Source: Candidatus Geocrenenecus dongiae
GTDB taxonomy: Archaea > Thermoproteota > Nitrososphaeria_A > Caldarchaeales > Wolframiiraptoraceae
Assembly (NCBI GenBank): GCA_023267855.1
Contig: JALNLN010000006.1
Coordinates: 111 to 64,110 of the forward strand
DNA: 64,000 nt
Direction of reading: 5' to 3'
Shown here in pieces: positions 51,111 through 60,439 of the stretch. Position numbers and translations under genes: made by a program. Positions within the stretch are counted from its first letter, which is position 1. Each line of letters begins with the position of its first letter. Below the pieces are notes generated by a model. That model saw nothing but the letters and a program-made list of their open reading frames with translations. It had not been told where the DNA came from and ran no database searches.

Positions 51111-51191
51111 ATAGAACCCCAAATAAAAGTACAAGTAGAATAATATTAAGTTTTCATTTTAAGTGAATGTTTCTATATAACGTTGCCTGAT

Positions 51192-51686
51192 CTAGATTAA
51201 TTCTCTAGCCATTAAGTATGCGTCTTCACCATCGAGATAATAGTTCTTTATCCTCTCGATTTTTATGAATCCGAGCTTCTCGTAAAGGTTTATTGCAGGT
51301 GTGTTTGATACTCTTACTTCTAGAAAAATCTCACTACAACCATATACATTCTTTAGAGCTTCCATAGCTTTCTCCATGAGGGCTGTTGCTATACCTGCTC
51401 TCCTATACTCTGGGAGAACGGCTATCGAGATAACGTGTCCAACCCTGCAAAGCTTAAATCTATGAAATCTAGAGAGAGCTCTTTCAACTCTACACATTAT
51501 GTAACCTGCGATTCTTTCATTTACTTCAGCTACTAGAAAGCTCTTTGGATAACTTCTCAACACGGTCTCGAAGAATACGTATGAATAGTTTTCTGGAAGA
51601 CATATACGATTTATATTCATAACCGTTAATAGGTCTTCTTCAGACGCTTCTCTAATTTTATACTGTTTCTTTAAAGATGTCTCCAA
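51192..51686 (-). CDS. GNAT N-acetyltransferase (RimI / Ard1-like N-terminal acetyltransferase)
   Basis: 164 aa. Acetyl-CoA motif A (RRAGIATALM). ATG with GGAGG SD. Confidence 0.75.
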   Translation of the reverse strand: METSLKKQYKIREASEEDLLTVMNINRICLPENYSYVFFETVLRSYPKSFLVAEVNERIAGYIMCRVERALSRFHRFKLCRVGHVISIAVLPEYRRAGIATALMEKAMEALKNVYGCSEIFLEVRVSNTPAINLYEKLGFIKIERIKNYYLDGEDAYLMARELI

Positions 51687-51813
51687 GTCCTCCTAACCGA
51701 GAACCATTAAATTCTTTCTAAAAAATAAACATTACCATCTATAAGCTTCCTATCTCAATTATAATGTTATTGTGTACTTTTAGAAACCTTAAAAGTTAGG
51801 TTTTTGTAAAGTA

Positions 51814-52932
51814 ATGTGTAAGGCGTCTGGAATGTATGTTGGTGATATTGAAGGAGTTAAGACTATTGTTGGAAAATACTTTACAATTACCAATGTATAT
51901 CTCGATGCAGGAATATTAACTTTCGAGGTTTATGATTCAGAGATTAAGGAGAAGTTCAAGAAAATGTATGGAGAGCTTAGAGAGATGGATTTGATACCAA
52001 CGGCTACAAGGGAGAATGGGAGGATTGTTATAAGAGTTTATCCAAGACCTAGAATGGCTTACCCTATCCCGAGTTCTAGAATTCTACCGATAATACTTTT
52101 CTTTGCAACTCTCTCAACGATACTCATAGATGGTTATCTTAGATCTTCAACAAGAATGTATGAAATAATAACTGGGAGAACTGGTTTAATAGACAAGATA
52201 CTGGATGGATTAATATTCGCCATAGCTCTGATCGCCATCATAGGTATACATGAGATAGGTCATAAAGTTTCTGCAAAATTAGATTACATAGAATCTAGTC
52301 CACCATACTTCATTCCAGGAATACCGACCATGATCCCAACCTTCGGAGCAATAATATTCCAGAAAAGCCCTATAGTAAATAGAGATGATATGTTCGATAT
52401 AGGTGTAAGCGGACCAATAGCTGGTTTCCTAGTAAGTATAGGTGTACTCATACTAGCTTTCACGACGGCCAACTGGGTCTCTCTCGAAGAATACGAAATC
52501 ATCGTTCAAACAATAGAGAAGGAGGGCGGTGTCCTCCTACCATCACCATTAATATTCTATCTTATTAGACCTCTTTTCGGAAGACCTGATATGATTCCAG
52601 TATTTACGACTGTTGGTTTCGCTGCGTGGCTTGGAATGCTTGTAACAGCTTTAAACCTGTTCCCAGCATGGCAGCTAGATGGTGGCAGGATCTTTAGGAG
52701 TTTTCTTACAGTGAGACAGCATAGAATTGCTGGATATCTCTCAGCAGCTGTACTCGCTCTCACAGGATACCTGTTCTTTGCTATACTGATACTATTAATA
52801 ATGCCTAGAACTCCTGATATCGCTCCTTTAGATCAGGTTTCCCCACTTTCATATAAAAGAAAACTAGCAGTAATAGGAGTGGTAGCTATACTTGCTGTAA
52901 CGTTTGTTCCTCTTGGTTTACTCCGAGTATAA
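51814..52932 (+). CDS. Site-2 protease family (M50) membrane zinc metalloprotease
   Basis: 372 aa. HEIGH zinc motif in a TM helix (IHEIGHKVSA). A second zinc ligand sits in the LDGG region (WQLDGGRIF). Multiple TM helices. Confidence 0.8.
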   Translation: MCKASGMYVGDIEGVKTIVGKYFTITNVYLDAGILTFEVYDSEIKEKFKKMYGELREMDLIPTATRENGRIVIRVYPRPRMAYPIPSSRILPIILFFATLSTILIDGYLRSSTRMYEIITGRTGLIDKILDGLIFAIALIAIIGIHEIGHKVSAKLDYIESSPPYFIPGIPTMIPTFGAIIFQKSPIVNRDDMFDIGVSGPIAGFLVSIGVLILAFTTANWVSLEEYEIIVQTIEKEGGVLLPSPLIFYLIRPLFGRPDMIPVFTTVGFAAWLGMLVTALNLFPAWQLDGGRIFRSFLTVRQHRIAGYLSAAVLALTGYLFFAILILLIMPRTPDIAPLDQVSPLSYKRKLAVIGVVAILAVTFVPLGLLRV

Positions 52933-52943
52933 GACCTGGTAAG

Positions 52944-53999
52944 TTATTCTATGAGTATGGGTCCATTAACTATTCTGATCCTTGCATTTTTACTATAGAT
53001 TCTTAAGCTATACTTCAAGAATTCCTGAGGTGTGTCGAAACTCTTTATGTGGAGTGTATTTTCAAGTAGTGTTCTTGGAAGCGTTGTAACCATGCCTACT
53101 CTTCTATTTCTTAAAACTTCTCTAACAATTTCTATGTAGCTATCTTGTATGTTTTCTTCATATATCTTGAAGAGTTTCTCAGTGAACTCTCTTCTACCTA
53201 TTCCTTCTTTACATTCTGCTATTAAACCTATCATTCCATCTTCTCTAACACCTTTATAAACTAGTCTAAGTATATGTAGGGTGCTCTCTAGCGTTGAATC
53301 CCATGGCCAGCCCCATGCATCTGCAATTAATATGTCTACTGGTTCTAGATTCACAGTATATATTTTCTCTGCTTCTATTATTGATGATTTATCTAAATTG
53401 GTCAATGAATCTAGGTAAGTCTTCTCCCCAACAATACATAAACCGAGGATTTGTAGTTTATCTTCAAGTATGCTATGTACATCTACATCTTCTTCTTTCT
53501 CTATGAGCTTACTGTAGATTAAAGAATTTACTATAGATGGATATCTGTATAATCCATGTGGTAGAATGGATGTAACCAGTATCCTAGTATCTGACTCAAG
53601 TACATCTACAGGTATCTTTAAACCTGTGTAGCTAGTTTTCTTACAATCTTCTACATATTCAATTTTACATGAGAATCCCTTTAATGAAGATTTCAAGATT
53701 TCTTCAACGATTCTCGGAGATGTTCTCCATGATGAGAATATTATCTTAACTCTTCCTTCTAGAGAAGTTTGGCTTTGAATTTCATAGAGTAGGGATCTCA
53801 GTAATTCGAGTTGAGTTTGGTGTTCATGATCGTAGAGTATCGTTACTTCCCCACTCTTCCTTCCTACTTCTCCAGCTATTTCTGAGAGTATTTTGTAATC
53901 TACTTCGAACCCCCTGTATAGAGAAATTTTTTCACAAGATATTTCTTCAGATACTTCTATAGGTATCTCCGTTACACCATATCTAAACCAATACTCCAT
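52944..53999 (-). CDS. Hypothetical protein, possibly LarA/DUF2088-like
   Basis: About 351 aa from the ATG at 53999 (the track TTG start is at 54011). Weak resemblance (SDTRIL, PHGLYRY) to the lactate racemase N-domain only. Confidence 0.35.
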   Translation of the reverse strand: MEYWFRYGVTEIPIEVSEEISCEKISLYRGFEVDYKILSEIAGEVGRKSGEVTILYDHEHQTQLELLRSLLYEIQSQTSLEGRVKIIFSSWRTSPRIVEEILKSSLKGFSCKIEYVEDCKKTSYTGLKIPVDVLESDTRILVTSILPHGLYRYPSIVNSLIYSKLIEKEEDVDVHSILEDKLQILGLCIVGEKTYLDSLTNLDKSSIIEAEKIYTVNLEPVDILIADAWGWPWDSTLESTLHILRLVYKGVREDGMIGLIAECKEGIGRREFTEKLFKIYEENIQDSYIEIVREVLRNRRVGMVTTLPRTLLENTLHIKSFDTPQEFLKYSLRIYSKNARIRIVNGPILIE

Positions 54000-54137
54000 T
54001 CTATAGAACAAACACTAGATACGTGGTGTTAAGTATTTTCTAGTAAGTTAATTTTGATCTCTACTCCGGTTCCCAAAAATAATTAAATTAAGTAGAGATT
54101 AAACTTTTATGTAGGCCATACTGTTTTCCTTAGTAGA

Positions 54138-54485
54138 ATGAACGATAGGTTTGGAGAAGAATTTTGTGATTATGTTTGTAAATCTATTAGATTTGTTTTT
54201 CATATGTTGTTGGGAGATTCTGGTGCTTCAGCTCTCGAGAGTTATTTAAACAGGAAGCTTTCAAGAAATATGTATGAAGTTTTCTGTTCTTCTCCTAATG
54301 AGTTTTATAAAGTTTTGAAGAGTTTTCTAGGCTATGGAGCAGATGCTTTATTAAAGATTGTTGCTTCTAAACTTATAGAAGAAGGTGTTCTCGTAGGTCT
54401 TACTCCTGGAGAATTCGTAGAATTACTATCAGATGGAAGTGAAAATGCTAGATTAAGATTACTGAAATCTTTTAGGAGGGTTTAG
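54138..54485 (+). CDS. Small hypothetical protein translationally coupled to the KaiC-like ATPase
   Basis: 115 aa. Its stop is 2 nt before the downstream ATG. Confidence 0.4.
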   Translation: MNDRFGEEFCDYVCKSIRFVFHMLLGDSGASALESYLNRKLSRNMYEVFCSSPNEFYKVLKSFLGYGADALLKIVASKLIEEGVLVGLTPGEFVELLSDGSENARLRLLKSFRRV

Positions 54486-54487
54486 AA

Positions 54488-55906
54488 ATGTTGGAGAGAA
54501 AACTTTCTCCTACAGGTATAGATGAATTAGATAAGGTGATCGGCGGATTTCCGAAAGGTGGCTTAATAACAATATCTGGAAATCCTGGAACAGGAAAGAC
54601 AGCATTAGCATCAACATTCATATACAATGGCGTAGTAAAGTATGGTGAGACAGGTGTATATGCATCTCTACTAGAAGAAGAAGAGAAATTCTATGAATTT
54701 ATGATGAGTTTTGGACTAGATTTTAAGTCTCTTAGGAATAGAGGGGTGTTTAGGTATATCCCGATACCGACACTACTGGAGCCAGGTATGAGTATGTCGG
54801 TTGCAGATATAGTTGAGATGGTTGATTCTATAGGTGCTAGGAGACTTGTAATAGATTCATTTACAGCTATGAGTCAGATGTTTAAGTCTCAGACAGAAGC
54901 GAGAATATTCCTTCACACACTCCTCTCTAAGATAGCTAGACAACTAGAATGTACAACTCTCTTAATAAAAGAAGTTTCAGGGAAAGACCCTGAATATGGT
55001 TTTGAAGAATTTATCTCAGATGGAGTATTATTCTTGAAGAGAGGATACTACGCTGGCAGACTGTTGAGAGAACTCCACATTCTAAAGATGAGAGGTGTAG
55101 AAGTGTTTGAACCAAAATTATGTATAAGCCTACATGATGGTTTTAAAGTTTTAAGACCTTTAAGGATTGGTGTAGAACATATTCAAAGAAAGTATGTTCC
55201 ACCACCAGATCCAAAGGGAAGATATACAACAGGTATCCAAGATTTAGATAAAGTTATTGGAGGTTATCCGAAAGCATCTACAGTAATATATGAAATAGAT
55301 CCTAGACTTACAATACTTGATTATGAATTAGTATTGATGCCTCTACTAGTAAGCTACACTTTAAGAGAAAGAGGAATAATAACATTACCATCAGGAGGAA
55401 TAGGATGGCAGCATATAACTGAGCTATATAAAACATTTAGTATATCCCATGAACATATATCAAGATACTTAAGAATTCTCATAGATACAGATGTAGGAGA
55501 GATGAAAACTCTTCCATCATATGTTCATCAGATAAACGTAGCTTCTTCAGAAGATTTAGTAAATATGATCAGAGAGTTTACAAATAATTTCATTACGGAA
55601 TACAGAGAACCTCCAGTAATTGTTATAGGTGTAGACCGTTTAATATACAGGTTAAAGGAAAACGCGATCGGTGTAATCTATTCGCTTACAAATCTTGTTA
55701 AAGCTACAGGAGGTTTAGTAATCTGGATTGTAAAACCTGTTTATCCGTGGATTGTTAAAGCAATAGCACCTCTAGCCGACCACCATCTAAAAATTACTAG
55801 AATTAACGGAAGATTAACGCTATACGGTATAAAACCACGTACACCTCTATATGCAATCGAACTAGTAAACGATGGAACATTCATAAAACTAGTACCGATA
55901 ACGTAA
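54488..55906 (+). CDS. KaiC-like double RecA-fold ATPase with an active N-domain and a degenerate C-domain
   Basis: 472 aa. Domain 1 Walker A is GNPGTGKTALA. Domain 2 has GGYPKAST in place of a P-loop. Confidence 0.75.
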   Translation: MLERKLSPTGIDELDKVIGGFPKGGLITISGNPGTGKTALASTFIYNGVVKYGETGVYASLLEEEEKFYEFMMSFGLDFKSLRNRGVFRYIPIPTLLEPGMSMSVADIVEMVDSIGARRLVIDSFTAMSQMFKSQTEARIFLHTLLSKIARQLECTTLLIKEVSGKDPEYGFEEFISDGVLFLKRGYYAGRLLRELHILKMRGVEVFEPKLCISLHDGFKVLRPLRIGVEHIQRKYVPPPDPKGRYTTGIQDLDKVIGGYPKASTVIYEIDPRLTILDYELVLMPLLVSYTLRERGIITLPSGGIGWQHITELYKTFSISHEHISRYLRILIDTDVGEMKTLPSYVHQINVASSEDLVNMIREFTNNFITEYREPPVIVIGVDRLIYRLKENAIGVIYSLTNLVKATGGLVIWIVKPVYPWIVKAIAPLADHHLKITRINGRLTLYGIKPRTPLYAIELVNDGTFIKLVPIT

Positions 55907-55988
55907 TTGGTAAATTTAGTATATACTTTTCTTTAGCATAATGAAAAAGCAAGCTTATATAATATAGCATATACAGTATATTCCAGCT

Positions 55989-56735
55989 ATGGGTAAATTA
56001 CAAAATAGAGTAGCAATAGTTACAGGCGCAGGGCAGGGGATAGGAAAAGCAATTGCATTAGCCTTAGCAAAAGAAGGAGCGAAAGTAGTAGTTTCAGATA
56101 TAACCGATCTTATCTTCGATGTTGCTAAAGAGATTGAAGCTTTAGGTTCAGAAGCACTACCCATCAAATGTGATGTTACAAACCCAAACGATGTAAACAA
56201 AATGGTTAAAACTACTCTAGAAAAATTTAACAGAATAGACATACTAGTAAACAATGCTGGAATATACCCCTTCAAACCTTTTATAGAAATGAGTGAAGGA
56301 GAATGGGATAAGGTTCTAAATGTTAATCTGAAAGGAGTTTTTAACTGTACAAAAGCTGTAGTACCTAAAATGGTAGAACAAAGATATGGAAAGATAATAA
56401 ATATTTCATCAATAGCTGGAGCAGTCGTAGGCTTCCCACAACTAGCACACTACTCTGCTAGTAAAGCTGGAATTATTGGTTTTACACGTGCACTAGCTCT
56501 AGAACTAGCTCCCTATGGAATAAATGTAAACGCTGTGGCTCCTGGACCTATTGAAACACCTGGAACAAAAATATTAGGAAAAGAAACTCTTGAAAGTTTC
56601 ATAAAAACAATCCCTCTCGGTAGAATGGGTAAACCAGAGGACGTAGCAAATCTCGTAGTTTTCTTAGCTTCTGATGATTCCAGCTTTATAACAGGACAAT
56701 ATATAGTTTGTGACGGAGGCTACACTCTTCCATAA
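55989..56735 (+). CDS. Short-chain dehydrogenase/reductase (FabG-like)
   Basis: TGAGQGIGKA cofactor motif. Catalytic YSASK. 248 aa. Confidence 0.85.
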   Translation: MGKLQNRVAIVTGAGQGIGKAIALALAKEGAKVVVSDITDLIFDVAKEIEALGSEALPIKCDVTNPNDVNKMVKTTLEKFNRIDILVNNAGIYPFKPFIEMSEGEWDKVLNVNLKGVFNCTKAVVPKMVEQRYGKIINISSIAGAVVGFPQLAHYSASKAGIIGFTRALALELAPYGINVNAVAPGPIETPGTKILGKETLESFIKTIPLGRMGKPEDVANLVVFLASDDSSFITGQYIVCDGGYTLP

Positions 56736-56863
56736 CTCTACCTTACTTGCCACAGAAACATAGTCCCCGAAATAATAAGAAAAAACTGTAAAAACTATAA
56801 GATTAAATTTCGATTTTTTGTTATTATCTTACTGAAAAGTAGAAACATTAAGGTGCATCCTTC

Positions 56864-58150
56864 ATGTTAAATATTGTAGGGAAATTTGATGTAGTAGTTG
56901 TAGGAGCTGGACCTGCAGGATCTTCGGCAGCCTATACGTTATCTAAGAATGGTTTTAAAGTAGTTGTTATAGAGAGGGGTAGGACTGCTGGCTCAAAGAA
57001 TTTGTATGGTGGAAGAGTTTACTCAAAACCTTTAGAAGAGATTTATCCAGAATTTAAGAGAGAAGCTCCAATAGAGAGATGGGTTAAAAGAGAACGTTTC
57101 AGCATGATGGTTGGTGGAGAACTTCTTACATTAGAGTATTATTCAAGAAATTCTACAAGTTTTACAGCATATCTATCTAGACTAGCCGGATGGATGGCTC
57201 AGAAAGCAGAAGAAGCAGGAGCAATTATAGTTACAGATGTACGTGTAGATGATCTTTATACAGAAGATGGTATAGTCAAAGGCATTGTAAGTGGTGGAGA
57301 TGTTTTGAAAGCTGATGTAGTGGTGGATGCTGAAGGCGTAAATAGGCTGATCTTAGAGAGACATGGTCTAGTGCCTAAACTTCTACCTAGACAGGTAGCT
57401 TTAGGTGTAAAAGAAACGATTAGATTAGATAAACAGAAGATTGAAGATAGGTTCGGTCTTCTCCCAGAAGAAGGTTTAGCATGGTTCATAATAGGAAATG
57501 TAACAGGAGGGTTACCTGGAGGAGCATTCCTATACACAAATACTACAACGGTAAGCTTAGGGATGGTAGTATTTCTAGAAGAAGCATGTAAAAAAGTACA
57601 GAAACATGTATTCGACATCCTCGAAGATCTTAGAACGTCTCAACCATTCTCCGACATTCTCAAAGACGGCGTACTGGTAGAGTATGGAGCCCACCTAACA
57701 CCTGAAGCAGGCTTAGACATGGCTCCAAAGAAACTATACACAGATGGATTATTAGTAGTTGGAGATGCAGCTGGATTTCTATTAAATCTAGGGTATACCG
57801 TAAGAGGAGTAGATTTTGCAGCATATAGTGGATATCTTGCAGCAAAAACGATAATTAAAGCACATTCTGAAGGAAACTTCAAAGCAGAGAATCTTTCCGT
57901 ATACCAGAAACTACTAGAAGAAAGCTTCATAATCAGAGAATTGAGAAGACATAGAAAAATAGCTAAACTATTAAGATCAAGCGAACTTTTTACAACATAT
58001 CCAGAAATATTTGTAGATGTAGCTAGGAAGCTCTTTAACATCGAGTATACTTCTCCAACACTACTCCAATCTATAAGAGAGTCTATAAAAGGGAAGACAT
58101 CTCTACTATCTTTAATAGTTAAGATGTTGAGTTTGGTGAGAGCATTATGA
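56864..58150 (+). CDS. fixC: FAD-dependent oxidoreductase FixC (Etf-quinone oxidoreductase-like)
   Basis: N-terminal VVVGAGPAGSSAA dinucleotide fold. 428 aa. Followed by fixX and etfBA. Confidence 0.8.
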   Translation: MLNIVGKFDVVVVGAGPAGSSAAYTLSKNGFKVVVIERGRTAGSKNLYGGRVYSKPLEEIYPEFKREAPIERWVKRERFSMMVGGELLTLEYYSRNSTSFTAYLSRLAGWMAQKAEEAGAIIVTDVRVDDLYTEDGIVKGIVSGGDVLKADVVVDAEGVNRLILERHGLVPKLLPRQVALGVKETIRLDKQKIEDRFGLLPEEGLAWFIIGNVTGGLPGGAFLYTNTTTVSLGMVVFLEEACKKVQKHVFDILEDLRTSQPFSDILKDGVLVEYGAHLTPEAGLDMAPKKLYTDGLLVVGDAAGFLLNLGYTVRGVDFAAYSGYLAAKTIIKAHSEGNFKAENLSVYQKLLEESFIIRELRRHRKIAKLLRSSELFTTYPEIFVDVARKLFNIEYTSPTLLQSIRESIKGKTSLLSLIVKMLSLVRAL

Positions 58151-58443
58151 GTGTCCAAGCATTGAAGAAGATCAAGATTACTGAAGCATTAAATACGAAC
58201 ATTTGGGATGTAGATAGTAGACCACACATCACGGTAGACTACGAGAAATGTAGAAAGCTTTGTGATAAAAAGATCTGTACACTTTTATGTCCAGCCGGAT
58301 GTTACACCCTTTCAGATGACGGTATACTCTTCAGTTATGAGGGATGTTTAGAATGTGGTACATGCCGAATAGTATGCCCACATGAAGCTGTTAAATGGGA
58401 TTACCCGTTAAGTGGTAGAGGTGTCCAGTATAGATTTGGGTGA
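58147..58443 (+). CDS. fixX: Ferredoxin-like protein FixX
   Basis: 98 aa. 4Fe-4S-type Cys motifs (CxxxCPAGC; CLECGTCRIVCP). Confidence 0.75.
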   Translation: MSVQALKKIKITEALNTNIWDVDSRPHITVDYEKCRKLCDKKICTLLCPAGCYTLSDDGILFSYEGCLECGTCRIVCPHEAVKWDYPLSGRGVQYRFG

Positions 58444-58449
58444 GAATAA

Positions 58450-59253
58450 ATGGGTCTAAACATGATTGTAGCTGTTAAGTGGGTTCCGAATACGCAGATA
58501 GTGAATATCGATCCAACTACAGGCACATTAATTAGAGAAGGAATACCATCTATCGTTAACCCACATGATCTTAATGCTGTAGAGCTAGCTTTAAGATTGA
58601 AAGAAAAATATGGCGGTACGGTTACAGCGATCTCTATGGCCCCTCCAGCAGCAAGAGCTGGATTAGAATTCATCATGGGGATGGGTGTAGATAGAGCCAT
58701 ACTTATAACGGATAAAGTCTTTGCTGGAGCAGACACACTCGCAACATCATACACATTAGCAAAAGCAATAGAAAAACTGAAACCATACGATCTACTAATA
58801 TTCGGACACGAGACTATAGATAGCTCTACAGCACATATTGGTGCACAGGTAGCTTCATGGCTAAAGATACCTTACATATACTATGTTATCGATACAGAAT
58901 ATCGAGATGGATACATATTCGCTAAGAGAAGATTGGAGAAGAAGATAGAAATTTACAAGCTGCCTATACCCTGCTTGATAGCTGTGGCTATGAGAAGTAA
59001 TGAACCTAGACCCATAAAACTAGAATACAAACTTAGAGTTAAACTAGAAAATCCTTTAGAAGTCTGGACTAATAATGAACTACAATTAAGCCGTGCATGT
59101 ATAGGTTTAAGAGGATCTCCCACAAGAGTTGAGAAAGCAGTTCCCACACCAACCATACCTAGAAAGAAGATGAAGTATGAAGGTCAAGATGTGAAGGAAG
59201 CTGTAAAATGGCTTGTAGATAAACTGCTCGAAGAGGGGTTGAAGATAATATGA
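58450..59253 (+). CDS. etfB: Electron transfer flavoprotein beta subunit
   Basis: 267 aa. AANH-like fold (MIVAVKWVP). Confidence 0.85.
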   Translation: MGLNMIVAVKWVPNTQIVNIDPTTGTLIREGIPSIVNPHDLNAVELALRLKEKYGGTVTAISMAPPAARAGLEFIMGMGVDRAILITDKVFAGADTLATSYTLAKAIEKLKPYDLLIFGHETIDSSTAHIGAQVASWLKIPYIYYVIDTEYRDGYIFAKRRLEKKIEIYKLPIPCLIAVAMRSNEPRPIKLEYKLRVKLENPLEVWTNNELQLSRACIGLRGSPTRVEKAVPTPTIPRKKMKYEGQDVKEAVKWLVDKLLEEGLKII

Positions 59254-60323
59254 GTACAAGCACAGAGTTTTGTCTAGAATGGGAGCCTATAAATAAAGAT
59301 GAATGGAGAGGTGTATGGGTATTCACAGAGATTTTTGACAACGAGATTTCCGAAGCTTCTCTACAACTACTTAATCCAGGTAGGATGATAGCAGACAAGA
59401 TTGGAACAGAACTTGTAAGCATAATGATTGGAGACAAAGTCCAGAAACACTTACTAGAACCGATATACTATGGAGCAGATAAAGTAATCTACGTAGAAGA
59501 TGAGAGGCTAGCAGTATATACGCCTGAAGTTTATGGAGAAACTCTGCTAGCACTCATAAGAAAATATAAACCTGAGATAGTTTTAGCAGCAGGCACACTT
59601 AGAGGTAGAGAGATGATACCATACGTAGCTAATTCTCTTAGAGCTGGGATAACAGCAGACTGTACGGACTTTGATGTAGATGTTAAGACTAGAGATCTAA
59701 TAATGATTAGACCACCCTTTGGAGCAACACTACTAGCATACATAAGAGCACCTGAAAGAAGGCCTCAAATGTCAACTGTCAGACCCAACGTCTTCAAGCT
59801 ACCTAAAAGAGATGAATCAAGAAAAGGAGAAATAATAAGAGAATACGTAGACATACCGAAACCTAGAATCGAGTTAGTGCACAGTGAATACATAAAAACA
59901 GAAGAAATACCTATAGAGAAAGCTGAGATAATAGTATCTGGAGGAAGAGGTTTGGGGTCTGCCGAAGGCTTCAAACTACTTGAGAAACTTGCAAATCTTA
60001 TTGAAGGTGTAGTAGCAGGATCTAGGAAAGCCGTAGATGCTGGATGGATACCACATGAAAGACAGGTGGGTCAGACAGGAAAATCCGTCAAAGCATCACT
60101 ATACATAGCTGTGGGGATTTCTGGAGCAGCCCAACACTTGTTCGGGATAAGAGAAGCAGTAACAGTGGTAGCAATAAATATTGATCCAGATGCGCCGATC
60201 TTCGAGAACGCTGACTATGGAATAGTCGGAGACTACAAAGTAATAATACCAGCACTCATAGAAGAAATAGAAAGAAGGAAAAACGTTAAGAAAACCGATA
60301 ACAAACAATCGCTACAGAGATAA
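59250..60323 (+). CDS. etfA: Electron transfer flavoprotein alpha subunit
   Basis: 357 aa. C-terminal FAD-binding region (SGAAQHLFGI). ATGA overlap with etfB. Confidence 0.85.
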   Translation: MSTSTEFCLEWEPINKDEWRGVWVFTEIFDNEISEASLQLLNPGRMIADKIGTELVSIMIGDKVQKHLLEPIYYGADKVIYVEDERLAVYTPEVYGETLLALIRKYKPEIVLAAGTLRGREMIPYVANSLRAGITADCTDFDVDVKTRDLIMIRPPFGATLLAYIRAPERRPQMSTVRPNVFKLPKRDESRKGEIIREYVDIPKPRIELVHSEYIKTEEIPIEKAEIIVSGGRGLGSAEGFKLLEKLANLIEGVVAGSRKAVDAGWIPHERQVGQTGKSVKASLYIAVGISGAAQHLFGIREAVTVVAINIDPDAPIFENADYGIVGDYKVIIPALIEEIERRKNVKKTDNKQSLQR

Positions 60324-60439
60324 TTCCCAAGACATAACTTTAGACACTCCTCCTATTCGGGTAATTTCGTATAGATTCAATTCCATTTTACCAGTTTTCT
60401 TCAATTCTCTTCCAGCATGTTTAAGCTTTCATCTTTCAA

